Assembly: GCA_051362555.1 (NCBI GenBank)
Contig: CM120642.1
Location: 30,566,001-30,630,000 of the forward strand
From: Lingula anatina
Lineage: Eukaryota > Animalia > Brachiopoda
Length of the DNA stretch: 64,000 bases
Reading direction: 5' to 3'
Position numbers and translations under genes: made by a program
Notes under the pieces: generated by a model
The model's input: the letters and a program-made list of their open reading frames with translations, nothing else
Database searches by the model: none
Told to the model about the DNA's origin: nothing
Shown: positions 1 through 13,137 of the stretch, one piece after another
How positions within the stretch are numbered: the first letter of the stretch is position 1
Layout: the number at the start of each line of letters is the position of its first letter

Positions 1-1524
1 ATTGCAAGTATTAAACTCTGTTTATCACAGAAAAATATCATGAAAAATAAATACAAAAAGATAAAATTCTCCACATAAAAAGTTGTATATAATACAGATC
101 TATTAAGAAAATAGGCTTCTGGGGTGAGGGTGAGGTTGGAAAAAAATTGCCCTGATACCCCACTCACCTTTCAAGTGACTGTGTGAGGGAATCCCCCAAC
201 GTGTCTTCTTCCCTCTTATCGTCTCTCTCTCCAGGTGATAGATTTTCTTCATTCCTACAATGAACAAATAGCCTTTAAGTTTGTTTTCTGTTTGTTTTGT
301 TTTAAGAATCAATTTTTTTATGCTTTTCTACCAATAAATGCCATAATTTCTCCAGTGTTTACAACCCCTATTCCTTTTATAATTATTCAATATTTGATCC
401 AAACAGACTGGAGTAACAGCCATGTTTATTTTCATTAAGCCAAGTTCTTTACAGAACATACATAATAGTTCTGACTTCTGCTGTGTATCAGTCAAAATGC
501 TGGGTTTTTATGCAGCTGACAAAAAAATTCATGTAGAACTAATACAAACTAGCTCTATCAAACGAGTGAAAAAATTCAATTCATATGACACAGTTTTGTC
601 TCCCTCTGTATCTAATATGCACCATCACCAATAAAAAGACATCATAAATATCTGTATTGAAGCTGTATTCATAATCATATAATAAGGCACAGGTAACAGT
701 GGTCTGTTAGAAGCCATACAGGTATAAGCACATCACAATTTCAAGCTATAGCTGAGTGCAAAATAGCTGTCAATTAGCTATACTTAATGATTTAGCTTTG
801 AGCCAGTATATTCAAAGTAGACATACTGTATACCTTGTGTAATTTAGAGGCCAATACCAAATAAAACAAAAGCTGTTTTTCATCATCAGGTTAAAACTAC
901 CATGTTGATTTTAACATCAAAATAAATGAAATTCACCTCTTGCATTATACCCTTTCATTAATTAATCGTAAGTTATCACTTATCCAAAGATCCAGGAAGC
1001 AAACTGTACAGGGCTGCAATGCTCTGTATTCTCACATGCATAAGCATAAATTAAGTGAAAGTCAGCAACCATATCAAGGCATATGTGGATATAAAGCTAG
1101 TGGATTCCATGACAATCACCATAAGCTGTTACATAGTCATGTTCAGACGCTTGCTTGCTTCATGCAACATGAACAGAATTAGGTATAAATTTCACTTCCA
1201 GAAGACCCTGGCCTTGACCTTCATGACCTTGACCTTCCTGAGGTCACCCTGAGTTTTTAAGCCTATTGGAAACTTGCCTCAAATTAAGTGATAATGCTGG
1301 TTAAAGCATTTCCAACAGACCTTGGATGCCAAGGTATCAGAACGTGGCAGGTGTAAACAGAATAGTGGTCAAAATACAAGATGGTCCTTCCAAACATATA
1401 CACATAAAATTATATACATTACTAGTAATTATATCGCAAGGTGTTTCCTATGTCTTCCCATAACATAATTTGTTGTTAAACAGTTATTTATGTATTATAT
1501 ATTTTATACACAGTCAGCTTCTAG

Positions 1525-1644
<120 letters not shown>

Positions 1645-3074
1645 CAATATTAGCATAGTCATCAACTGTCACAATTGGTACAGAGTGGACAATACATTAT
1701 ATTGCACAACCCAACCCAAACTCAGGCAAACTCAACCATGATCCACACCCAACCCAGCAATATTTTAAACAAATAAATATGTATAATAAATAAAAAAGAA
1801 AAACGTAATGAATTTAACTGAATATCAGATATTAATGCACAAAATATTATATTTGATATCAAACAATTATTAAAAATAACACTATTGCACCTCTGACTCT
1901 AAGAAGTATTAAGAAATTCCTTTAATGCACATTAACCCCCAACTGATTATTATATATATATATATAAATATCATAATGTATAGGAACCATAATACACAAG
2001 CAGTGTCAATTCTACATATAACAAACAAATAAGCCTTAGGGGATCAAGGAAAGTGGAGCAGCTGTGTCCAAAATACAGCCTGATGACCTATTAACTCACT
2101 TTATTTATTTATTGATGAGTTTTTGTTATCGTTGGTATTTTTTGTTTACTCTTACCAATTTGGGCATAGGCCTCAATATATTTAAGAAACAAAATTTGGG
2201 CCCATATTTGGCAATGGATCTGCCAAAGCACTCTCCAAAAAAAAGAGGCATGCTAACATTGTTGAGGACTTCATCTGCACCTTGGAAATATATGCATAAT
2301 TTATATAATAGCAGTCTCACATAGGTGTTATCTTGCCAATGAAATCCGAAATACTTGGTATTTTTTCAGAAAATTATCACCGATTAGGTGCAAGAGAAGT
2401 TATTTGACTAAAATAAAGTTCTTAAATTCTGCTCACAGGAAAAAAATTAATTTGTTTAACTGGAATTATATGTTATTTTTTAAAATGCCTAATTTTTAAT
2501 GGCAAAATCCTGGTATATTTTTTTAACAGAAAGTGAATAAACGGTCACTTACAGTTCAGTAATATCATAATTCAATTAATTGATATATAGACTGATAAAT
2601 GTTTCTTTTAGATGGTCTTCTCTCGACATCTTATTAATAGGATACAGATTTTAACATTAACATATAAAGCAATCTGAGCGTGTGGTTAAATTTTGAACAC
2701 AGCTGTGGACAAACTGGTAGCTCTATCATAGGTACATATATCACAGGAGGGACCATCTACACACAGACAGAGGAGACAGAGGGACCATCTCCAGAGAGAA
2801 CACAGGGGAAATGCTGAGGATAAAATCTTCTTGTCTTGATGTCTCTTTTGTGCCAATATAGAATGACTTTTTTCCTCTTTGGAAAATACTATTCATTAAG
2901 TTATTTTTTATGATTTGCTATTGGTACATATTATGCAACCAGTGCATTTGATTACTGGTCTGTGCGCCTAAATATGTTAAAATGACAATTTTTCAAAAGC
3001 TATGAAAATGAAGACAAGAATTATTGATTCCATATCTACTAAAGAGACATAAGACAAGTAGATATCATAGCAAG

Positions 3075-3410
3075 ACCTTGTCAACAAGTCCCATGTCAAC
3101 AGTATCTATGTCAAGAAAGCCATTCATTATTAATCATGCAGCAGAGTATCAATATTATCGTCAACAATGTCTTTATCAACAATGTCAATGCCAACAATGC
3201 CAGTGAAGTCAGTGCCAACAATGTCAGTGTCAACAAAGTCAGTGTCAGCAATGTCAGTGTCAGCAGCAATGATGATAATGCCAATGAAGTAAATGCCAAC
3301 TGTCATTGTCAGCAACATTAATGTCAACAATGTCAGTGTCAGCAATGTCAATGTCAACAATGTCAGTGTCAGCAATGTCAATGTCAACATCGTCACCATG
3401 TTGACAGGTC
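3075..3410. repeat. Low-complexity minisatellite of caatgtcagtgtcag/gtcaacaatgtc-like units
   Basis: Degenerate short units; produce spurious LTLTLL/NVSV ORFs. Confidence 0.85.
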
Positions 3411-3465
3411 TTATAAGGTGACAGGTCAGTTCATCAACCAGAGGGCAGTCTAATAGAAGATCTAC

Positions 3466-3525
3466 CTGCGATAATACCACCGGTCCTTGGGAAGGTAGCA
3501 TTTATATTTGCCGCGCATTATAACC
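3466..3525 (-). CDS. Candidate 60-nt symmetric (phase 2-2) cassette exon of CEP350-like gene
   Basis: Acceptor ttttgttgcactcttgcag and donor CAG|gtagat; open in the frame left by exon 4496-4793, giving (R)VIMRGKYKCYLPKDRWYYR. Confidence 0.45.
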
Positions 3526-4495
3526 CTGCAAGAGTGCAACAAAAAGACTTCATCTTTTTTAACAGTGGGACTAGTTATGACACCTAGATTTCAGAGCCTG
3601 GATTTAAGATTTTGTTCCAAAATATAGGTACCCTTCTGGTTTAATGTCATTTTACAACCCTTTGTGTATAATAACAGTGTGTCTGTTACAAAAAGTGTTA
3701 TCTTGATACAAAAAGTATTATGTATCAAAAAATTTTCCAATATATCAAAGCACATAATATTCTCATTACACCTTTATTTCAGGCTCTGAAATCCTGGAGT
3801 TCTTAGAAGAATGAAATCGTATTACACAAAAAGCAATCACAGCAATTTGCTACTCATCTACTGCAGCGGCTAGTTCCACTATTGGTTCTAGTACTACTGC
3901 AATCTTATACAATCATCACTACATAAAAAAGTGATCAGAAAACTATAAAAAGACCAAGAAAATGTTTCATATTAGAAAAGTGTTAGTACTTCACAAGACT
4001 ACTGTTCTAAAGACAACTCAAATCTATATAAAAAAAGGAACACACATGTTTATTATTACAAGTACAAGAATTTTACTATTAGAAACCAATCAAATCCATT
4101 ACATTCTGTGTATGTTACAGGCATGCAACTAGGACATTAGTAAAATTTCAGTGTACGTACTCATCAACATGATCATCTGCATGAAGCTGATAAGTTCAGT
4201 CTGCTCAAAATGGGGCAGAAAATTTTCCCAACAACACTTTCTATCCTTTCTCAGACTAAAAAAAAAACATTATCTTCCAATGTTCTTTTTCAAAAATTAA
4301 AATCCAACATTGCATTTTAACAAGCAACCTGATTTTTTTATCTTTGAAAAACTTTCCAGAACAAACTGCACAAATAACAGTTTAATTCTGAATTTTTTAG
4401 TCAATTTGAATACAATTAAACCATTCAGCTTCTGCAAATATCACATCAAATATGTATAAAAAATGCAAATTAAAACTATCACATGTACAACCTAC

Positions 4496-6579
4496 CTGTA
4501 AGGACTTCTTGTTCGCCTTTTAGACCTTGTACGATTACTCTCATCTTGGTAACTTCCTGTTTTCCCAGATCTCAATGATGTTCCACTTTTGTGTGAGCCA
4601 GATCCTGCACTTCTTTGCAACCCACTGTAAGCCGTGCCTTGACTTCTATGTGACTCTTCTTTGTGACTTCGGATAGAGGGAGTAGTGTGGGTGAAATCAT
4701 CATCATAGACAGGGGATGGGGAGGAGTGGACAGGGGGCGAGGGTTGCCTCTGAGGGGGAAACTCTGACGTCCCCACTCCAGTGCTGACCTTGGCTGAAAG
4801 AACAAACACCATATTGTGATCTCCAAAACTTCTCTCAACTCTTTTCTCAGAGAAGAAACGGAAAAAAAAATTTCATTCATTAATTAACAGAAACAAGCCA
4901 ATTTTTTTTTTAATTCAGTCAGTGACAAATTTGAACTAGGAAATGCACCTTGAACAGCTTACTGGATCGTGATTTTACAGAAACACACAGATTTATCAAG
5001 TATATTATACCTCTGTCCTGATACTGCCTAGTATATATACTGAGGACACTGTAGGGGTCATAAGGTGGCTCATCCCATGCCAGTCTCTTCTTCTCAAACG
5101 GCCCTTCATAAGGCTCTGTCACTGCAAACTCTGGCCTAGGGTCAGGTCCACCTCCTAAGTCCCTGATACAGTATCCCGTCTCTTTCAACCCTGCCCCTAT
5201 CTGGTAGAGATATCATCAGGCCATTTTTATACTTAAACTTGTATTGTTAAAGAAAATCAGCTTAAGTCTGTATAATTACCTTCACTAATTTTAAAATTAA
5301 TTTAGGAATCATACTTCAATTATTTCATGAATAAGAGTTGATAATGACTTAATCATCTATACATAAGCAAAACCTCTTATTTTTTTATCCAGATGTATAT
5401 GATAAAAATTGTGACAAAACTACTCAAGTCTGAATATAACTGGTTACCTCTAGTCTTATCTGGTATAACAACCATCATTCTTTTTGTTTGATAAAGTTAT
5501 AATAGAAATAACATTTTGAAAGTGAAATGACTTAACTTATATTTTGAATATATAAATTTGTACATAAAATTGTCAACAGAATATCTTATATACTGAATAT
5601 ATTTTGTATATAAAACCCTATCCATCACATTCTGAATATCAAAGAATCAGCAAACCTTGGGTGCTTTCTCTCCAAAACCTTCTGACTCTGTCAAAGTGGT
5701 GTCAGTCAGCAGGGAGCTGGTATCTGAGGAGTCATCCAAGATCTGGAATATGTACATTCATATCATGATAATCTACTAGTAAGGACTGCATTAATCAACT
5801 GTACTTCTTTCTAAATATGTCACAAGTTTCTCAACAAAAAAAAGAAAGAAAAGAAAAAAAAAATCAAAACTTATAATGTAAAAATTTTTCATTTCTCTTA
5901 CCTTAGGTTTTGTTGTTTCTTTTTGTTTCAGCCTGCTTCCCAAAGTGCCACCAGATGGCAGTCTCCAAGACAGGCCCTGGCGCACAGTGTGCCCCCTGTA
6001 GGCTGCCTGGATCTTAGTTGCTGCTGCTGCCTGGTTTTTCTCATCCTCAACTCTCATAGCATGATCAGATAAACTACCAACACCTATAAAAATAAAATGA
6101 GTAACAGTGAATAATGTTTCAAGACATTGGAAAGGGACTTTTGGAAAACTATAATCCAAGAAACAGATTCTGATCTAACTTTCAATATTTTTCCTTTAAA
6201 AATGTGTTGGGGGGGGGGGGGGGAGTTAACATCCCAGACTCCTAGACACCATAAAGGTAGTGGTCAAAATCATTAAATCATGGAATGATATTTACAAAAC
6301 AATCCCAGCTGTTAATTTTCTAACCTGGCAAGTCCCCAGTGAACACAGAGTAGTTCTGTCTACCTCCAGTGAGCCTGTCGTGTCTGGTCATAAACTCCTC
6401 AGTGCCCTCACTCTCTGTGCTCATCATGTCCAGATCTCTATAGCGTGGATAGGCCCAGTACTGGTCTGAGGCAGCAGGGATATGAGGCTTTGAGGCTGAA
6501 ATAGGATACACTATAAATATGATAACTGAACACATCCAGCTCTCTGTACATAAGCGTGCAAGCACACACATGCCTGCAG

Positions 6580-6630
<51 letters not shown>

Positions 6631-6631
6631 C

Positions 6632-6679
<48 letters not shown>

Positions 6680-9600
6680 CTGCTGCTATCTCTGGAGATG
6701 TCTGGATCAGTCTTCTGGTCTCTGCGTGCAGTCTGCTCTGTAGAGCCATGGACATCTCCTTCAGTGCACTGATCCTCTCTTGTTTGGTCTTCGGTTGACT
6801 GACTGAGGCGTAACCAGCACCTGGTAAAAATAGACAGGTTGTTCATTGTCTCTTGTGTGAAGACGGTAAAAAGTAAATTGTTTTAAAAGAATCTCCATGT
6901 GTTTTTTCAAGGGGTAAAACCTAAAACATGACTGACTTGTAGATGTTAGTTCAGGTGGCAAAAATTCTATTCTCTTCAAAAATAAGATGTTTCCTAGATG
7001 TATGTTGAGAGTGGAATGTGAAGAGGCATTCAACATTTCCAAAAAGGTGTAATAAATGTACAGACAATTTAATACCTGCAAGTTTTAAGAATAGTTTTTA
7101 AAATACCACACTTGCTTTTATTGAGTGGAAATCATTTAATATGGTAGTGGCAGCTAAACCATATAAGCATTCTTACTATAAGCTTCTGCTAGACTACTGG
7201 CTGCATTTGTCCTATAGGTGGCAGCAGTAGCAGAGACAGGCACTGTGGGTTGGTACGGCAAAGAAGAGGCCTGATATCCTTGACCCTGAACTGGTTTAAA
7301 ACTGGCCTCTAAAAACAGAACAGAACAGGGAATATTTAACAGTTATATCAACTTGAAGTTACCCATGGGAATTGCAAGAGTTTGTAGGTAGTATGAAAAT
7401 ATGGATTGGTCCAACATTTGAATAAGGGGCAGGATGAAGGTGCTGGGTATGAACTGTTCATCAAATAGTGTACTGTACTATTCTCAAGCTGTGACTCAAA
7501 TGATGATGATTATGATAACAGCAGAAGCAAAGGTACTTCATGGTCAATTTTGCAATATCATGCAAGGAAGATACAACAAACCTGCAGTGGGGAAATCTGT
7601 CATTCTGGCAGGCAACTGTTCAGACATATCGATATCTGTGGTCAACTCAGACGTTGACGACAGCACCTCACTGAGGGCCTGGGACTGTGGCTGATCATCT
7701 CTGAAAACAAATACACAGACACAGTTCATTATTAAATAACAGGCACCGCTCTGCATTCTACTGAAAGTTTTACAATTGTATACCACAGCACTGTATGAAT
7801 TATTGTCATACATTAATGTTGATCTGATAGATAAAAACATGACTGCATATCACAGAACTGTGTTTCCATTTTCATTACCTTATGACATTTTCTAGTATAT
7901 GACCCAAGTAACAAAATGCTATCCATTTTTTTTATATTTAAACTGATATAAGTTCTCAATCCCAATGTTATCACATAACACACAAGAGGGGTTGTAAGCT
8001 TGTTATTGAAATATCAAGCCCAGACGTAGTGCTATGGCATTTTGAATGGGAAAGTTCAGTAAAACTGTACTGTTTTCTGTGTACCTGTGGCTCTGTTTGC
8101 CCTCTAGACCATCTCTGGTAATGGTGGAGGCATCACTGCTGGACAGATTGTCTTCATCAGAGTCCCTGTGCTCTCTGTTTTCCTTGTCCGAGCCTGTGCT
8201 CACCTGAAATGATAAGTAGGTAACCATAGATTTATTAAATATAAAGAGAAAGATGACTGTGTGGTCCTGGGCATCCAATACAAAATAATTTAAAACAAAA
8301 AAATGAACCAATCAAATTCTGGTAAAATACCACAAGAGGAATAGGGACAGTTCGTAAGCGTATGACACTGAATGGGTCATAAACTTGTAGAAGGTTGCTG
8401 GGTGAGAACACAGTGTTGGCTAGTTGCTGAATTTTACAATATTCCAAAATTTTAATACACAATATTGCACACAGTAAATGCTCCACACCACAGAGAAAAA
8501 AAGTGGATTTCAACATTACAGAGATACAGGAGATATGGACAGAGTTATTTTAGTGCAGCAACTTAAGGTTTCAGTAATGCTTTTGTGAACTGCTATGCAC
8601 TTCTTCATATCCCACATACACTGATAAATTCCAGCATGCCCTTAGAAGCTATATTGACCTGATACTCTGTATGAACTTACTTTTCTAGAATCATCATGGA
8701 AAGGATGTCTCCTGGGAAGGTCACCCACACTTTGACCCTTGGAGAAAGTCTCGTCAAGGACCCTGTGGCGATCAACTACATGGAAAAAGGTGTAATTATA
8801 GCAAATTCTTTGATCACTTACATAAGTACGGCTATTTATATACTGACCTCTGACCTCTAATAAATTTAACTCTTGAATTATTCTTTACTTTTTTCATATA
8901 AAAGGGCCTCAAAAGCTGATTTTTATAGGAAGATATACAAATATACAAAAATCCCAACATCTGCTATGGCATAAACAGAAAAAGCCCACCTCTGTTTGGT
9001 CTTACGGGCCTTGCACTCTTCTTCTGCTTCTTGTAAAGATCCTCCAGCTGTTTCTTCTTCATTTCCTGCTGCTCTTTCTGGTGTTTCTTCTCCTCCTGTG
9101 ATTTTTTCTTCCTGTCTGCTTTCTGTTTGGCAATAAAACGTCTTACCTCGTCAGTGTCATAGTGACGTACCTTGGCTGCAGGAAACTTGGTCTCAGGCTC
9201 TAAAGGAACACAGATATGTATGATATACATGTCTAATTCTTATACCCATAATATGTGCGTACACACACACACACACACACACATACTTGTCTATGTGTAC
9301 CAACCGAGGACATCAGCACAACACCATACAACCGAGGACATCTTATTCCTTGGTTAAATCAAAATAAAAACATTAAATTTAGGGTAAAATCTATTCGAGT
9401 ATGAATGTTATAAATTAATTTTTTATAAAAACTAATTTTTTGCTGACAAGAATTTTACATTCTAACCGAGGACACACACGGACACACACACGGACAGACA
9501 CTACACATTACAACCGAGGACATGCATGCATCTACATGTAATAATGATTGTACTTTTAATGCAAAGCAAATTTTATATAGCGTTACTTTGCAGCAATTCA

Positions 9601-12600
9601 CATTTTTATGAAATTCTTTCATATTTAAGGTAAATTCCAAAATAACACCAGAGGTGATGATTAAATGAACAGTTATACAATATTTAATGCTGGGCTTTGC
9701 CACTTTTTTAGATTTGAAGATTATGAGATAAAACATCAATTAATTTAGGAAAAGAAAGGATACTGATGAAATAAAATAAAAGACCAAAGAAATTCGTTTT
9801 CAAACATTTTATTTTTATAATGCTTATTTTCTATTTAGCACTCTTTTATTATCATGAATTTTATATTTTGATAACACAAAGTGTCGTCCATTGGATACAG
9901 ACTTGAACAGTACACAATTTTACAATTGAGGACATCATGCCAGCAGCACCCAAAATTGTGCTTTCTTCCAATTTGATGCAATATTATATAATGCTTAACA
10001 GCATAATGATCATCAATTTTTTATAATAAAATATTAGTATCATGAATATTCAGAAAATGTGACTAGCAAAGGTTTTCAGGTTCATGGAACTCCAAAGTCA
10101 TACTTTGAAAATGCTAAATGTATGCAAGAGAGCACTGTACTGAAATGGGTTTCTTTCCATTTTTAACTTTTTTACATAAAATAATACAGTTTACTGCCAT
10201 TTCACATGATCAACTAAGAAAATTGTTGAGATGGCAAAAATATCAATATAACAAGTTTAAATGTCCAATTTCCTCCATTCCGAACATTGTGAATGATTGA
10301 ATCTGACAAACTACAATGATACGAGTTCATTTCCATTTTGGCACTTTTTTTACACAATACAAGATAACAGGTTTACCACCATTTTTATATAATCAACTAG
10401 CAATATTGTCAAGACGCAGAAATTGTCAAACAACCCATTTTACATATCTAGTAAATTCAATAATGAGACTGTTTACATGCCTGACAATCAAATCTGAGGA
10501 AAACCACTTATATACAAATAAAAGCTGAAGTCCCTCAAAACTCAACCAATCAATCTTATTTTTAAATTTGATTTGTATATAGATAACATTGATCACTCTT
10601 GTGAGTTTAATGACAACAGGCCTATCGGTTCTCCCTGAAATGTGCTTACAGTGTTACTAATATGCTTTTACTAATAATCATCAGTTCTGTGAGTTTCATG
10701 AAAACAGGCTTTAAGTTATTGGTTCTCCCTGAAATGTGCTTACAGTGTTACATATATGCTGAAAAAAAAAAAAAAAAAAACAGCATAACATTTGAAAGAA
10801 AAGGGCCTGGTCTTGCTGATTTTCAATCTTGACCATTCTTTTACTAATAATCATCAGTTCTGTGAGTTTCATGAAAACAGGCTTATTGGTTCTCCTTGAA
10901 GTATGTTTACAGTGTTGCATGTACACTGAAAAAAGGAGAAAAAATGCAAAACTTTTGAAAATAATCACCTCATTTCCTCCATTTTGAGACACTGTATTAC
11001 ACAGTACATGATAACATGTTTACCGTCATATTTATATAATCAACTAGCAATGTTGTAAAGATGCAGACAATTTCAGAGAAACACTAACATATTTACATAT
11101 CTAGTTAATTCAATAACGAAACTGTCAACATGCCTGACAATCAAATCTGAGGAAAACCACTTATATACAAATAAAAGCTGAAGTCCCTCAGAACTCAACC
11201 AATCTATCTTATTTTTAAATTTGATTTGTATATAGATAACATTGATCACGCTTGTGAGTTTAATGACAACAGGCCTATCGGTTCTCCCAGAAATGTGCTT
11301 ACAGTGTTACTAATATGCTGAAAAAAAACAGCATAACATTTGAAAGAAAAGGGCCTGGTCATGCTGGCTTTCAATCTTGACCATTCTTTTACTCATAATA
11401 ATCAGTTCTGTGAGTTTCATGAAAACAGGCTTTAAGTTATTGGTTCTTCCTGAAATGTGCTTACAGTGTTACTTATATGCTTAAAAAAAACAGCATAACA
11501 TTTGAAAGAAAAGGGCCTGGTCATGCTGATTTTCAATGTTGACCATTCTTTTACTAATAATCATCAGTTCTGTGAGTTTCATGAAAACAGGCTTATTGGT
11601 TCTCCTTGAAATGTACTTACAGTGTTACATATATGCTGAAAAAAAACCAGCATAACATTTGAAAGAAAAGGGCCTGGTCATGCTGATTTTCAATCTTGAT
11701 CATTCTTTTTAATTTACTAATAATCATCAGTTCTCTGAGTTTCATGAAAACAGGCCTATTGGTTCTCCTTGAAGTATGTTTACAGTGTTGCATGTACACT
11801 GAAAAAAGGAGAAAAAAAATGCAAAACTTTTGAAAATAATCACCCCATTTCCTCCATTTTGAGACACTGTATTACACAGTACATGATAACATGTTTACCG
11901 TCATATTTATTTAATCAACTAGCAATGTTGTAAAGATGCAGAAAATTTCAGACAAACACTAACATATTTACATATCTAGTTAGTTCAATAACGAAACTGT
12001 CAACATGCCTGACAATCAAATCTGAGGAAAACCACTTATATACAAATAAAAGCTGAAGTCCCTCAAAACTCAACCAATCAATCTTATTTTTAAACTTGAT
12101 TTGTATATAGATAACATTGATTACTCCTGTGAGTTTCATGAAAACAGGCTTATTGGTTCTCCCCGAAATGTGCTTACAGTGTTACTTATATGCTGAAAAA
12201 AAAACAGCATAACATTTGAAAGAAAAGGGCCTGGTCATGCTGATTTTCAATCTTGACCATTGAGTCCCTCAGAACTCAACCAATCTATCTTATTTTTAAA
12301 TAACATTTGAAAGAAAAGGGCCTGGTCATGCTGATTTTCAATCTTGACCATTCTTTTACTTACAATCATCAGTTCTGTGAGTTTTATGAAAAGCCTACTC
12401 TGAAGTATCGAATAAAAGTGCTGATGGAATAAAAGTACTGGATGGAAAAAATCTCGAAATTTAATAAAAGTACTGGATGGAATAAAAGTACTGGGTGGAA
12501 AAAACCTTTACACCGCTCCCCCCCCCCCCCCCCAAAAAAAAAATGAAATAAATAAATAAAAGTAAAGAAGAAGAAGAGAAAGAAACAAGGCAGCAAAGCT

Positions 12601-13075
12601 GTCAAATGTACAGACAAAAACCAGAAAATAAAAACGCAGGAAATAGGATACTGTCAATTCTGATGAACTAATGTATTATGCTAACTGTAAATGCATAGCC
12701 AAAATCAAATTCTTATTCTGCATAACATTGGATTAGGATTGGATTGGAAAATGTGTATCAAGCATTAGACTAAGTTCCCATACCTAGATCAATCTAACAG
12801 GATCAATCCAACTCCAAGGGGTTTCTCACTAAATTGCTTTCAGTTTGAGAGTCAGGATTCTGGCATGCCAGTTTCAGTAGGCGTGACAGACAACTAAGCC
12901 ACTTACATTGATTGCAATTTAGCGAGAATTCCCATGGAGATAGATCGATCCACAGTTAGCGTGATAGGGTCTGGAAATAGTCCCTAAGGTGTCAGGCTGA
13001 TAAGAGTTAAACTTTGGAAATGCCAGAATGAGGTACAGTGAAAATTAAACACAAAAAAAATTGCTTAAACTCATT

Positions 13076-13137
<62 letters not shown>

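Noticed and set aside
1210-1250. Clustered TGACCT nuclear-receptor half-sites
   Set aside because: This motif is common in invertebrate interspersed repeats; no independent support.
3024-3501. LTLTLL-, NVSV- and QQCQ-rich ORFs
   Set aside because: Translations of a minisatellite.
10380-12392. CRISPR-like regularly spaced repeats
   Set aside because: The sequence between repeats is itself repeated, there are no cas genes, and the context is a eukaryotic intron.
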